Origin: Nitrososphaerota archaeon
GTDB taxonomy: Archaea > Thermoproteota > Nitrososphaeria > PSMU01
NCBI GenBank assembly: GCA_040290255.1
Contig: PSMU01000008.1
Location: 1 to 51,580, forward strand
DNA length: 51,580 nucleotides
Direction: 5' to 3'
Shown: positions 43,554 through 51,580 of the stretch, in pieces
How the letters are laid out: each line of letters begins with the position of its first letter
How positions within the stretch are numbered: the first letter of the stretch is position 1
Position numbers and translations under genes: made by a program
The notes under the pieces: generated by a model
The model's database searches: none
The model's input: the letters and a program-made list of their open reading frames with translations, nothing else
What the model was told of the DNA's origin: nothing

Positions 43554-44525
43554 ATGGATATTTATGCGCCCTGGCACGGGGTGCGGGGCTTGCCGCGGCA
43601 CAGGATCGGCAGGGATCAGTTTCACTATAAGTGGAGCCGTCAACATAAGCCGGCCGCCTACGTAAGGCCTGGCGATAGGGTTCTGTTCGAGGTGAACGAG
43701 GTCACCAGCTGGCAGGTGACGCGCACCAGCACAGCTGAGGCGCTGACCTCGCTCAGCGCGGAGAAGTTCTACCCTCTTGCGGGCCCCGTCTACGTCGAAG
43801 GCGCCCGGCCCGGCGATGTCCTTGTGGTCGAGGTGCTGCGTGTAAGCTGCGCCGAATGGGGCTGGTCGGGCATAATACCCGGGTTTGGGCTGCTGGAGGA
43901 GTTCAAGGCGCCCTACCTCTATATCTGGGACTTGGGAGAGGGACGCTACGCGCGGTTCGTCAAGGGCATCAGGGTGCCGCTGGCGCCCTTCTGCGGCGTC
44001 ATGGGCGTGGCGCCCAAGGAAGAGGGGTACTTTGAGGTGATGCCCCCGGGCCTCCATGGCGGCAACATGGACATCAGGCATCTCACGCGGGGCAGCACGC
44101 TTTACCTGCCCGTACTCGTCGAGGGCGCCCTCTTCTCGCTGGGTGATGTTCATGCCGCGCAGGGTGATGGCGAGGTCTGCGTCACCGCCATCGAGTGCCC
44201 CGGCGAGGCCGAGGTGCGGCTCGACGTGCTTAAGGGCGCGGGCATCAGGGCGCCCAGCTTCAGGGCGCGCTTCAGGCAAGCCAGGGGCGCTCTGTATACG
44301 ACCGCCGGCATAGGCCCCGACCTCATGGAGGCCGCCAAGCAGGCGGTAAGGGCCATGATACAGGAGCTGATCGAGCGGCTGGGCCTATCCGCTGAGGAGG
44401 CCTATGTGCTCTGCAGCGTCGCCGGCGACCTGAGAATACACGAGGTGGTGGACAGGCCCAACTGGGTGGTGGGCTTTTCCCTCCCCGAGCGCCTGCTGAT
44501 AAGGCGCCCCCTCGAACGCTCTTAA
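43554..44525 (+). CDS. Acetamidase/formamidase family protein
   Basis: GPVYVEGARPGD, HGGNMD, GDVHAAQGDGEV, AYVLCSVAGDL. Confidence 0.92.
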   Translation: MDIYAPWHGVRGLPRHRIGRDQFHYKWSRQHKPAAYVRPGDRVLFEVNEVTSWQVTRTSTAEALTSLSAEKFYPLAGPVYVEGARPGDVLVVEVLRVSCAEWGWSGIIPGFGLLEEFKAPYLYIWDLGEGRYARFVKGIRVPLAPFCGVMGVAPKEEGYFEVMPPGLHGGNMDIRHLTRGSTLYLPVLVEGALFSLGDVHAAQGDGEVCVTAIECPGEAEVRLDVLKGAGIRAPSFRARFRQARGALYTTAGIGPDLMEAAKQAVRAMIQELIERLGLSAEEAYVLCSVAGDLRIHEVVDRPNWVVGFSLPERLLIRRPLERS

Positions 44526-44547
44526 GGCTCCTCGGGCCCTGGCTCCC

Positions 44548-45537
44548 GTGGCCAGGCTTGTTCTGACCTCCAGGCTGGCGGCCAGCCCTCAGGAAGCATT
44601 CGAGCTGCTGGCGAAGCCCCGCAACCTTCCCCTCCTGCTCCCGCGCGAGCTTCGCGCCAGGCTGCTCGACGCGCCGCCAAGGCTTGAGGAGGGGGCGGAG
44701 CTGGGGCTCCGCCTCAGGTTACTGGGCCAGGACTTCCTTTGGCGCTTAAGGGTCATCGCCCTGAGGCCGCCTGAGGAGATGGTCCTCGAGGCCATCGAGG
44801 CCCCCTTCGTGCGCTGGAGGCACAGCATTCAACTACAGCCCTCCCCCCAGGGCCTGGTTTTGAGGGATGTCGTGGAGTTCAGCAGCATACTGGGCCCCTT
44901 GGCGGATGGCGCGGCGCGCCGCGCCATCGGCGCCCTCCTGCGCTTCAGAAATGAGCAGCTGGCCAGCCTCGCGCTGACGGGCAGGCCAAGGGCCGGCCTA
45001 GAATACAGGGATCCCCTGCGCCTGTCGCTGGCGGAGGGCCTTGGCCTTTGCCTTGGCGCCGGAGCTGGAGCCCTTTTGCTGCTCTGGCCGGCGCCGGGCC
45101 TGTCCCTTCTCCCCCAGCTGCTAGCTGGGCTGTTCGCCTGGGCCCTGCTCTGGTTCTTCACCCATGACTTGGCCCATGTGCTGGCCGGCTGGGCGGTCGG
45201 CGTCCGGTTCTCGTACTTCTACCTTGGCCTCTCCAACCTGGTGAGGGCGCTAAGGCTAAGGCCTGCTTACAGGCTCCTCTTCCCCGCCCTGGGCGTGAAG
45301 GTGGATAAGAGCAGGAGCCGTGCCTCCGGGCGAGGCCTCTTCGCCATGTATCTGGCGGGCCCCTTGGCCACCATCGCACTGCCCTTTCTGGCCCCCGCCA
45401 GGCTATTGGCGGCCCAGCCCTCGAGCTTGCCCGGCCAGCTCCTGCTTATGCTCTCGCTGGCCAATGTGGCCCAGGAGCTGCTGCTCAGCCCCAAGCATGG
45501 CTGCATAGCTAAGGCCCTGCGCGCGTTGAGGGCCTAG
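44548..45537 (+). CDS. SRPBCC/START-like domain fused to a membrane M50 (site-2 protease)-like domain
   Basis: N-terminal APFVRWRHSI...DVVEF; C-terminal TMs with THDLAH and LAGPLAT. Confidence 0.6.
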   Translation: MARLVLTSRLAASPQEAFELLAKPRNLPLLLPRELRARLLDAPPRLEEGAELGLRLRLLGQDFLWRLRVIALRPPEEMVLEAIEAPFVRWRHSIQLQPSPQGLVLRDVVEFSSILGPLADGAARRAIGALLRFRNEQLASLALTGRPRAGLEYRDPLRLSLAEGLGLCLGAGAGALLLLWPAPGLSLLPQLLAGLFAWALLWFFTHDLAHVLAGWAVGVRFSYFYLGLSNLVRALRLRPAYRLLFPALGVKVDKSRSRASGRGLFAMYLAGPLATIALPFLAPARLLAAQPSSLPGQLLLMLSLANVAQELLLSPKHGCIAKALRALRA

Positions 45538-46957
45538 CGCTGCGCCTCCGAGATGCGGCCAGCGCGGCGAAGAGCGCCAGCCCAACGAGGAACCAGAGCG
45601 CTCCTATGAGGCGCCCCAGCTCATGCGTGCCGACCAGCGCTATCCAAGTCAGCAGGCTTGAAGCGAAGCCGAAGAGGGGTATGACCGATATCTTGGCCCC
45701 TCGCCAGGAGATGTTCAGGGGCATCCTCCAGCCCGCGTTGGAAGGATCCTTCCTTCTGAGCGAAAGTGCCGCCAGGTTCACGTACATATACGCCACGAGC
45801 GCCCCGAAGTTATACAGCGAGGCCACGAGCGAAATCAGCTCCACGCCGCCTAGATATGAATAGGCCAGCAGCAGCAGCGAGCTCACCGCCGAGAAGAGCG
45901 CGATGGTTAGGTAGGGCGTTCGAAAACGGATGCTCACGGCCGATAGCCTAGAGGGCAGAAGGTGGGCCCTGGCCATGGCGAAGCTCACCCTGGAGACGCC
46001 CACGACGCCCGCATTGGCCGAGATGGAGGAGATCATGCAGCCCATGAAGGCCACCCAGACGGAAAAATAGGGGCCCACTCCGGGCAGCGCCTGCGCGACC
46101 GAGGCCAGGGGATCTTGGGAGCGGCGGGCGACCTCCTGCCACGGCAGCAGGCTCACCGCCAAGAAGGAGAAGAGCGTCGCGCCCACGATCACCGCCACGA
46201 TGCACCACTTGCTCGCGGCGGGTATCACCCTCGAGGGCTCCTTTGTTTCCTCGGCCGCCTGCGATATGGATTCGATGCCTATGTAAGAGGCCATGGCCAG
46301 CGTGACGCCGTAGATGAAGGAGCCCCAGCCATTCTGGCCGAAGCTTCCGCTGAGCAGGCTGTTGCTCACCTCGGAGAGCCAGCGCGAGGCCGCCCCGCTC
46401 AGCAGGGCATAGGGCAGGCCCACGAGCGCGAAGATGCCCAGCGTGGCCAGGTCGAGCATGACGACGATTTCGTTATACCTGGACGAGTATCTGATGCCGA
46501 AGACGTTGAGCAGGGCCAGCATGAGCGTGTGTGCCACCGCGGCGAGCCCGTAGTAGGGCGACCTGAAGAGCAGGTCGCTGCCCAAGAACCTCTGCACCAG
46601 GAAGCCCAGGTACCCCACCGTGGCCAGGGAAAAGAGCGCTATATCGATGGTGTAGTCCAGCATGAGTCCCCAGCCGACGAGGAACCCATGAAGGGGGCCA
46701 AAGGCCCTCTGCGCATAGTACTGCCCTCCCCCTGCGATGGGATACCTGCTGGCCAGCTCGGCGTAGCAGAGCCCCGTGCTAACGTAGGTCACCGCGGCGA
46801 TGAGCAGCGCCAGGGGCGCCGCCTGGGCCGCATAGAGGGCCAGCACGCCCAGGGCGATGTAAATATCCGCGCCCACGTCCGCATAGCCCATGGAGAAGGA
46901 ACCCCATGCCCCTATTTCCCTCCTTAGGCCCACCTCGCCCCCCTGGCCCTGTTTCAA
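45509..46957 (-). CDS. APC-family amino acid permease
   Basis: LRREIG, YAELASRYPIAGG, YIGIESISQAAEETKEP, SRVSFAMAR..LLP; TTG start is inferred. Confidence 0.9.
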   Translation of the reverse strand: MKQGQGGEVGLRREIGAWGSFSMGYADVGADIYIALGVLALYAAQAAPLALLIAAVTYVSTGLCYAELASRYPIAGGGQYYAQRAFGPLHGFLVGWGLMLDYTIDIALFSLATVGYLGFLVQRFLGSDLLFRSPYYGLAAVAHTLMLALLNVFGIRYSSRYNEIVVMLDLATLGIFALVGLPYALLSGAASRWLSEVSNSLLSGSFGQNGWGSFIYGVTLAMASYIGIESISQAAEETKEPSRVIPAASKWCIVAVIVGATLFSFLAVSLLPWQEVARRSQDPLASVAQALPGVGPYFSVWVAFMGCMISSISANAGVVGVSRVSFAMARAHLLPSRLSAVSIRFRTPYLTIALFSAVSSLLLLAYSYLGGVELISLVASLYNFGALVAYMYVNLAALSLRRKDPSNAGWRMPLNISWRGAKISVIPLFGFASSLLTWIALVGTHELGRLIGALWFLVGLALFAALAASRRRSARPSTRAGP

Positions 46958-46990
46958 CCCCCATCCTCGTCGCCGGCCTAGGGGGGGCCG

Positions 46991-47031
46991 CTTTAAGGCT
47001 TCTCCCGCGGGCCGGGCAAGGGTTTTTAAAT
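46991..47031. promoter_or_regulatory. Divergent TATA pair for the APC permease and dppA
   Basis: CTTTAAGG (46991-46998) and TTTTTAAAT (47023-47031). Confidence 0.5.
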
Positions 47032-47052
47032 GCAGGCGTCGCCCAAGCCGTG

Positions 47053-48636
47053 ATGAGGTCTGCCCTAGCAAGGTCGGCCGCCATCGGCATCATCATCGTG
47101 GTGCTCATCGCAGTCATAGGCCTCGCCGTCGCGCTTACCACCATGGCTCCCCCGGCTCCGCCAAAGCCTTCGAGGCTTGTCATAGGCGTGACGGACAAGG
47201 TGACGGACATAGACCCGGCCAGTGCCTACGACTTCTTCACGTGGGAGGTGCTCAACAACATCATGGCCGGGCTCGTGCAATACAAGCCGGGTACGGCAGA
47301 TATCATACCGGGGCTGGCCAGCAACTGGACCGTGAGCCCCGACGGACTCACCTACACCTTCAAGCTGAGGCCGAACCTGAAGTTCTCCGATGGCACGCCG
47401 CTCAAGGCCGCGGACGTGATGCGCTCCATCAACAGGGTGATCACCATCAATGCCCCTGGGGGCCCCGGCTGGCTCATCTCTTCCTTCGTCAAGGATGTAA
47501 CAGCGCCCGACGATAGCACCGTGGTCTTCCACCTGATCAACCCCGTCTCCTACTTCCTTGCCCTCTTGGCCACACCGCCCTACTTCCCCATCCATCCGAG
47601 CTACAAGCCCAGCGCCGTGGACTCCGACCAAACCGCCGGGGGAGCGGGCCCCTATAGGATAGTTAAGTGGGTGAGGGACCAGGAGCTGGACCTGACGGCT
47701 AACCCCTACTATTGGGGAGGGGCTCCCTCCATTCAAAACGTGACGATCAGGTTCTACAAGGACGCCGCTTCGCTCAGGGCTGCCCTGGAGGCGGGCGAAG
47801 TGCATATCGCGTGGAGGACGCTCAACCCCACCGACATCGCGAGCCTGTCCACGAACCCCAACTTTAACGTGATAGGCGTGCCCGGCGCCTTCATACGTTA
47901 CATCATCTTCAACACCAGGACGCCGCCCCTGAACGATGTTAGGGTTAGGGAGGCCCTGGCGGCGGCCGTGAACAGGACCGACATCGCCCGGCGCGTCTTC
48001 CAGGGCACCGTCACGCCGCTCTTCACGCTCGTGCCGATAGGCATGTGGAGCCATGTGGACGTCTTTAAGAGCGCCTACGGCGACGGCAACGTGACGCTGG
48101 CGAAGCAGCTGCTGAGCCAGGCCGGCTACAGCGCGACCAATAAGCTCTCCATAGAGCTCTGGTACACGCCCAGCCACTACGGGAGCACGGAGGCCAACCT
48201 GGCCCAGGTGCTCAAGGAGCAGTGGGAGAGTACGGGCCTGGTGAGCGTAACGATAAAGAGCGCCGAGTGGAGCGCGTATGTCAACAAAGCCGAACAGGGC
48301 GTGATGATGGTCAGCCTCTTCGGCTGGTACCCCGATTATCTTGACCCCGACGACTACCTTAGCCCCTTCCTCGAGGCCGGCTCCAACAGGTGGACGGGCT
48401 CAGGCTATAACAACACGCAGGTCAACGCGCTCCTGGCCCAGGCCAGGGCAAAGGTGACGATAGAGGAGAGGACGCCGCTGTATCAGCAGGTCCAGCAGAT
48501 ACTGGCCCAGGAGGCGCCCTTCGTGCCCCTGGTGCAGGGCAAGCTGAGCCTGGTCACGAGCAAGGCCATCGACCCGACAAGCATAGTGCTAGGGCCCGAT
48601 ATGCTCTTCAGGTATTGGCTGGTGCGCTGGGCCTAA
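47053..48636 (+). CDS. dppA: Peptide ABC transporter substrate-binding protein (family 5)
   Basis: N-terminal TM; DGLTYTFKLRPNLKFSDGTP, GAGPY, WYPDYLDPD. Confidence 0.92.
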   Translation: MRSALARSAAIGIIIVVLIAVIGLAVALTTMAPPAPPKPSRLVIGVTDKVTDIDPASAYDFFTWEVLNNIMAGLVQYKPGTADIIPGLASNWTVSPDGLTYTFKLRPNLKFSDGTPLKAADVMRSINRVITINAPGGPGWLISSFVKDVTAPDDSTVVFHLINPVSYFLALLATPPYFPIHPSYKPSAVDSDQTAGGAGPYRIVKWVRDQELDLTANPYYWGGAPSIQNVTIRFYKDAASLRAALEAGEVHIAWRTLNPTDIASLSTNPNFNVIGVPGAFIRYIIFNTRTPPLNDVRVREALAAAVNRTDIARRVFQGTVTPLFTLVPIGMWSHVDVFKSAYGDGNVTLAKQLLSQAGYSATNKLSIELWYTPSHYGSTEANLAQVLKEQWESTGLVSVTIKSAEWSAYVNKAEQGVMMVSLFGWYPDYLDPDDYLSPFLEAGSNRWTGSGYNNTQVNALLAQARAKVTIEERTPLYQQVQQILAQEAPFVPLVQGKLSLVTSKAIDPTSIVLGPDMLFRYWLVRWA

Positions 48637-48640
48637 GCGC

Positions 48641-48648
48641 TTTTTATT
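48641..48648 (+). terminator. U-rich tract after dppA
   Basis: TTTTTATT shortly after the stop codon. Confidence 0.35.
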
Positions 48649-48673
48649 ACCTCTTAAGCCGCAAGGCCTAGGC

Positions 48674-49675
48674 ATGGGTGTCTACCGCTTCTTGGCGGCG
48701 AGGCTCCTGCTGGTAGTGCCTACGCTCCTCATTCTGCTGACGGCCGTGTTCATCCTGCTCAGGGCGATCGGCGACCCCATCACGGCCATGGTGGGCATGC
48801 GCGTGCCCCCGCAGGTGCTTCAGCAGATGCGGGAGCAGGCGGGCCTAACCGCCCCCCTCTGGCTTCAATACATAAGATATCTGGCCGGCATATTCCGCGG
48901 GGACTTCGGCGTGACGATGGCGGTGGACCATCGCCCTGTCCTGGCGGTGATACAGGAAAGGTTCCCGGCCACGCTCGAGCTCACGCTTGGAGCCTTTCTC
49001 ATGAGCCTGCTGCTCGGGATCGCGCTGGGCTCGCTGGCCGCGTGGAGGGGCAAAAATATGGATTCAGGGGTCAGGCTCTTCGGCATCGTAAGCTATGCTC
49101 TCTTCATACCCTGGCTGGGCCTCACGCTGCAGCTCCTCTTCGGAGTATACCTCCGCATCCTTCCTACAGGACTGAGGGCTGATCCTGGCCTCTCGCCCCC
49201 CACGCTCACGGGCCTCTACACGCTGGATAGCCTCCTGGCTGGAAGGCCCGATATGCTGCTGAGCGCGCTCAGGCACCTCCTGCTGCCCTCGCTAACGCTG
49301 GGCCTGGTCCTCTCGGGCGCCTTTACGAGGCTGGTCAGGAACAACCTGAAGGAGATGCTGGCGCAGGACTTCGCGCTGGCATACAGGGCGAGGGGGGTCG
49401 ATGGCCTTCGGCTCTGGACACACGCGCTGAAGAATGCCCTGATACCGATAATTACGCTCGCGGGGCTTCAGTTCGCCATCCTGCTCACGGGGGCCATCCT
49501 GACGGAGACCACCTTTTCCTGGCCGGGCCTGGGCACCATGATCGTGGAGCGGATACAGTATACGGATTACACGGCGGTGCAGGGGGCCATCGTCTTCTTC
49601 GCCATCTTCGTGGTCTTCGTGAACGCCCTCGTGGATGTAATCTACGCGCTGGCCGACCCGAGGGTGAGCTACTGA
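48674..49675 (+). CDS. dppB: Peptide ABC transporter permease
   Basis: FPATLEL, ETTFSWPGLG, ADPRV. Confidence 0.93.
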   Translation: MGVYRFLAARLLLVVPTLLILLTAVFILLRAIGDPITAMVGMRVPPQVLQQMREQAGLTAPLWLQYIRYLAGIFRGDFGVTMAVDHRPVLAVIQERFPATLELTLGAFLMSLLLGIALGSLAAWRGKNMDSGVRLFGIVSYALFIPWLGLTLQLLFGVYLRILPTGLRADPGLSPPTLTGLYTLDSLLAGRPDMLLSALRHLLLPSLTLGLVLSGAFTRLVRNNLKEMLAQDFALAYRARGVDGLRLWTHALKNALIPIITLAGLQFAILLTGAILTETTFSWPGLGTMIVERIQYTDYTAVQGAIVFFAIFVVFVNALVDVIYALADPRVSY

Positions 49676-50535
49676 TGCTTCGCCTGCGAGCCTCCAGGCT
49701 GCTGCTGAAGCCGTTGGAGCTCCTGCTGCCCAGGGCCACGAGCTATATGTACGTGGGCCTGACCATCATAGCGGCCTTCATCGTGCTCAGCCTGGGGGCG
49801 CCGCTCTTCACCCCCTATTCGCCCACCGTCGGCTCCGCCGATACGCTGCTGCCGCCGCTGAGCCCCGGCCACCCGCTCGGCACGGACAACCTGGGTAGGG
49901 ACCTGCTCGCCAGGCTGCTTTATGGAGGCAGGACGGTGCTGTACATCGTGCTGCTCTCCGTGCTCTTGGCCGTAGCTGCGGGCCTGCCCTTGGGCCTCTT
50001 CTCAGGCTACATAGGGGGAGTCCTGGACAGGGCCCTCAACGTAATCATGGACAGCCTCTACGCCTTCCCGAGCCTACTGCTGGCCATCGCCGTGGCTCTC
50101 GTCCTCGGCCCCAGCCCCTTCAATACCGCCTTGGCGATAGCCTTCGTCTACGTGCCCACCTACTTCAGGATGGTCAGGGGCCAGGTGCTCTCGCTGAAGG
50201 CCCAGCCCTTCATTGAGGCGGCCAGGGCCCTGGGGCTAAGGGTCAGGAGGATCCTGTTCTCGCACCTGGTTCCTAACTTACTGCCCACGCTGGTGGTCAT
50301 CTTCTCGCTCAGCGCGGCCGATGCCATCCTGACCGAGGCGGGCCTGAGCTTCCTGGGCTATTCCGTGCCCCCTCCCACGCCCGACTGGGGCTATGACCTC
50401 TACAGCGGGCGCGAGTTCCTGCAGGCGGGCTACTACTGGATGAGCTTTTTTCCCGGCCTGATGGTCGTGCTGCTCTCCGTGGGCTTCGCGCTCGTGGGCG
50501 AGGCCCTGAACGAGAGGTACAGGGTTAGAATATGA
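49675..50535 (+). CDS. dppC: Peptide ABC transporter permease
   Basis: HPLGTDNLGRD, FIEAARALG, EAGLSFLG, PDWG. Confidence 0.93.
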   Translation: MLRLRASRLLLKPLELLLPRATSYMYVGLTIIAAFIVLSLGAPLFTPYSPTVGSADTLLPPLSPGHPLGTDNLGRDLLARLLYGGRTVLYIVLLSVLLAVAAGLPLGLFSGYIGGVLDRALNVIMDSLYAFPSLLLAIAVALVLGPSPFNTALAIAFVYVPTYFRMVRGQVLSLKAQPFIEAARALGLRVRRILFSHLVPNLLPTLVVIFSLSAADAILTEAGLSFLGYSVPPPTPDWGYDLYSGREFLQAGYYWMSFFPGLMVVLLSVGFALVGEALNERYRVRI

Positions 50536-51488
50536 GCCCCCTGCTCAGGGTCGAGGACCTTCGAGTTTACTACCTTATGCGCCGCGGGGCCGTGAGGGCC
50601 GTGGACGGCGTTAACCTGGAGTTAGGGCGCGGGGAGGCGATGGGCATCGTGGGCGAGAGCGGTTCGGGCAAGACCACTCTAGCGCTCGCCCTCGCGCGGC
50701 TCATCAGGGAACCCGCCAGGGTGATGGGCGGCAGGATCCTCTTCGAGGGCCGTGACCTTCTGGCGCTGGAGGAGGAGGAGATGAGGAGGATAAGGGGCCG
50801 CAGGCTCGGCTACGTCTTTCAGGATCCCTTCACCTCCCTCGATCCCCTAGAACGGGTGGGCGAGCAGTTGATGGAGGCCATCATGGTCCACGAGAGCGTG
50901 GAAGCGCGCGAGGCGAGGGAGAGGGCCCTAAGGCTCTTGGCCGAGGTGGGCCTCACGCCCGACCGCTTATCCTACTATCCCCATCAGCTGAGCGGGGGGC
51001 AGAGGCAAAGGGTGGCGATAGCGCTGGCCATAGCGCATTCACCGCCACTCGTGGTGGCCGACGAGCCCACCACGGCCCTCGATGTGTTGGTCCAGGAGAA
51101 GGTCATGGACCTGCTGCTGGGCCTCAAGGCCAAGGGGACCTCCCTGCTCCTCATCACCCATGATCTGGCGCTCGCCGCCCAAAGGTGCGATGCGCTCTGC
51201 GTGATGTATGCTGGAGAGGTCGCCGAGATGGGCCCTACGAGGCAGGTCATCTCGTCGCCCGGGCATCCCTACACCATGGCCCTGCTGCGCTCCGTGCCCG
51301 ACCCGTGGGCCGACACCACCCCCCTTGAGCTGCCAGGCCATCCCCCCGACCTCATGAACCCCCCTCTAGGCTGCCGCTTTCATCCGCGCTGCCCCTTCGC
51401 CATGGAGGTCTGCAGGCGAAAGCCCCCTCCTGAACTGCGAAAGGATGGCACCGTGGTGCGCTGCTGGCTTCATGCCGGGGAAGCTTAG
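50532..51488 (+). CDS. dppD: Peptide ABC transporter ATP-binding protein
   Basis: GESGSGKT, LSGGQRQR, ADEPTTALD, GCRFHPRCP. Confidence 0.95.
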   Translation: MSPLLRVEDLRVYYLMRRGAVRAVDGVNLELGRGEAMGIVGESGSGKTTLALALARLIREPARVMGGRILFEGRDLLALEEEEMRRIRGRRLGYVFQDPFTSLDPLERVGEQLMEAIMVHESVEAREARERALRLLAEVGLTPDRLSYYPHQLSGGQRQRVAIALAIAHSPPLVVADEPTTALDVLVQEKVMDLLLGLKAKGTSLLLITHDLALAAQRCDALCVMYAGEVAEMGPTRQVISSPGHPYTMALLRSVPDPWADTTPLELPGHPPDLMNPPLGCRFHPRCPFAMEVCRRKPPPELRKDGTVVRCWLHAGEA

Positions 51489-51489
51489 C

Positions 51490-51580
51490 ATGGGCGAGCT
51501 CATAAGGGCTGAGGGCCTGGTGAAGTTCTTTCAGGAGAGCTCGGCGGCCGGCAGGCGCTACGTGAGGGCCGTGGACGGCG
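51490..51580 (+). CDS. dppF: Peptide ABC transporter ATP-binding protein (5' partial)
   Basis: MGELIRAEGLVKFF...YVRAVDG runs off the end of the window. Confidence 0.8.
   Translation, partial: MGELIRAEGLVKFFQESSAAGRRYVRAVDG

Noticed and set aside
8885-48177. Long antisense or alternative-frame ORFs (e.g. 8885..9991, 29042..30184, 45962..46927, 47065..48177)
   Set aside because: Shadow ORFs of high-GC coding sequence overlapping well-supported genes, with no motifs
1-51580. CRISPR array, rRNA, IS elements
   Set aside because: No regularly spaced repeats, rRNA-like sequence or transposase ORFs seen

Overview
Chromosomal window from a high-GC, probably hyperthermophilic archaeon, likely TACK-type. 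This is inferred from reverse gyrase, archaeal RadA and PolB2, TATA boxes about 20-30 nt upstream of start codons, and a tRNA-Cys without encoded CCA. Most of the window is peptide and amino-acid uptake and catabolism: two Dpp/Opp ABC operons, APC, NSS and MFS transporters, aminotransferases, DadA, carbamate kinase, acetamidase and Acs. The strongest signal is in mtnA, which the ORF track shows as two broken frames. It carries a 20-nt insertion (5234-5253) that folds into a bulge-helix-bulge/loop (BHB/BHL) splicing motif. Canonical endonuclease cleavage restores the conserved HCNTG motif and an intact 353-aa protein, so this is a candidate archaeal mRNA intron outside cbf5. Second is a five-gene RadA / RadA-like / PolB2-partner / PolB2 cassette. 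It contains a hairpin-T7 frameshift site and ends in an unannotated 31-aa zinc-finger micro-ORF. Also notable are a JAB protease paired with a Ubl-E1-rhodanese fusion, an AEP primase-like fusion next to tRNA-Cys, a degenerate NSS transporter coupled to an Ig-like membrane protein, a 62-bp identical tract shared by dppD and dppF, and an acyl-CoA ligase gene relic. I saw no CRISPR array, rRNA, integrase or transposase. All family assignments are from motif recognition by eye, not database searches.
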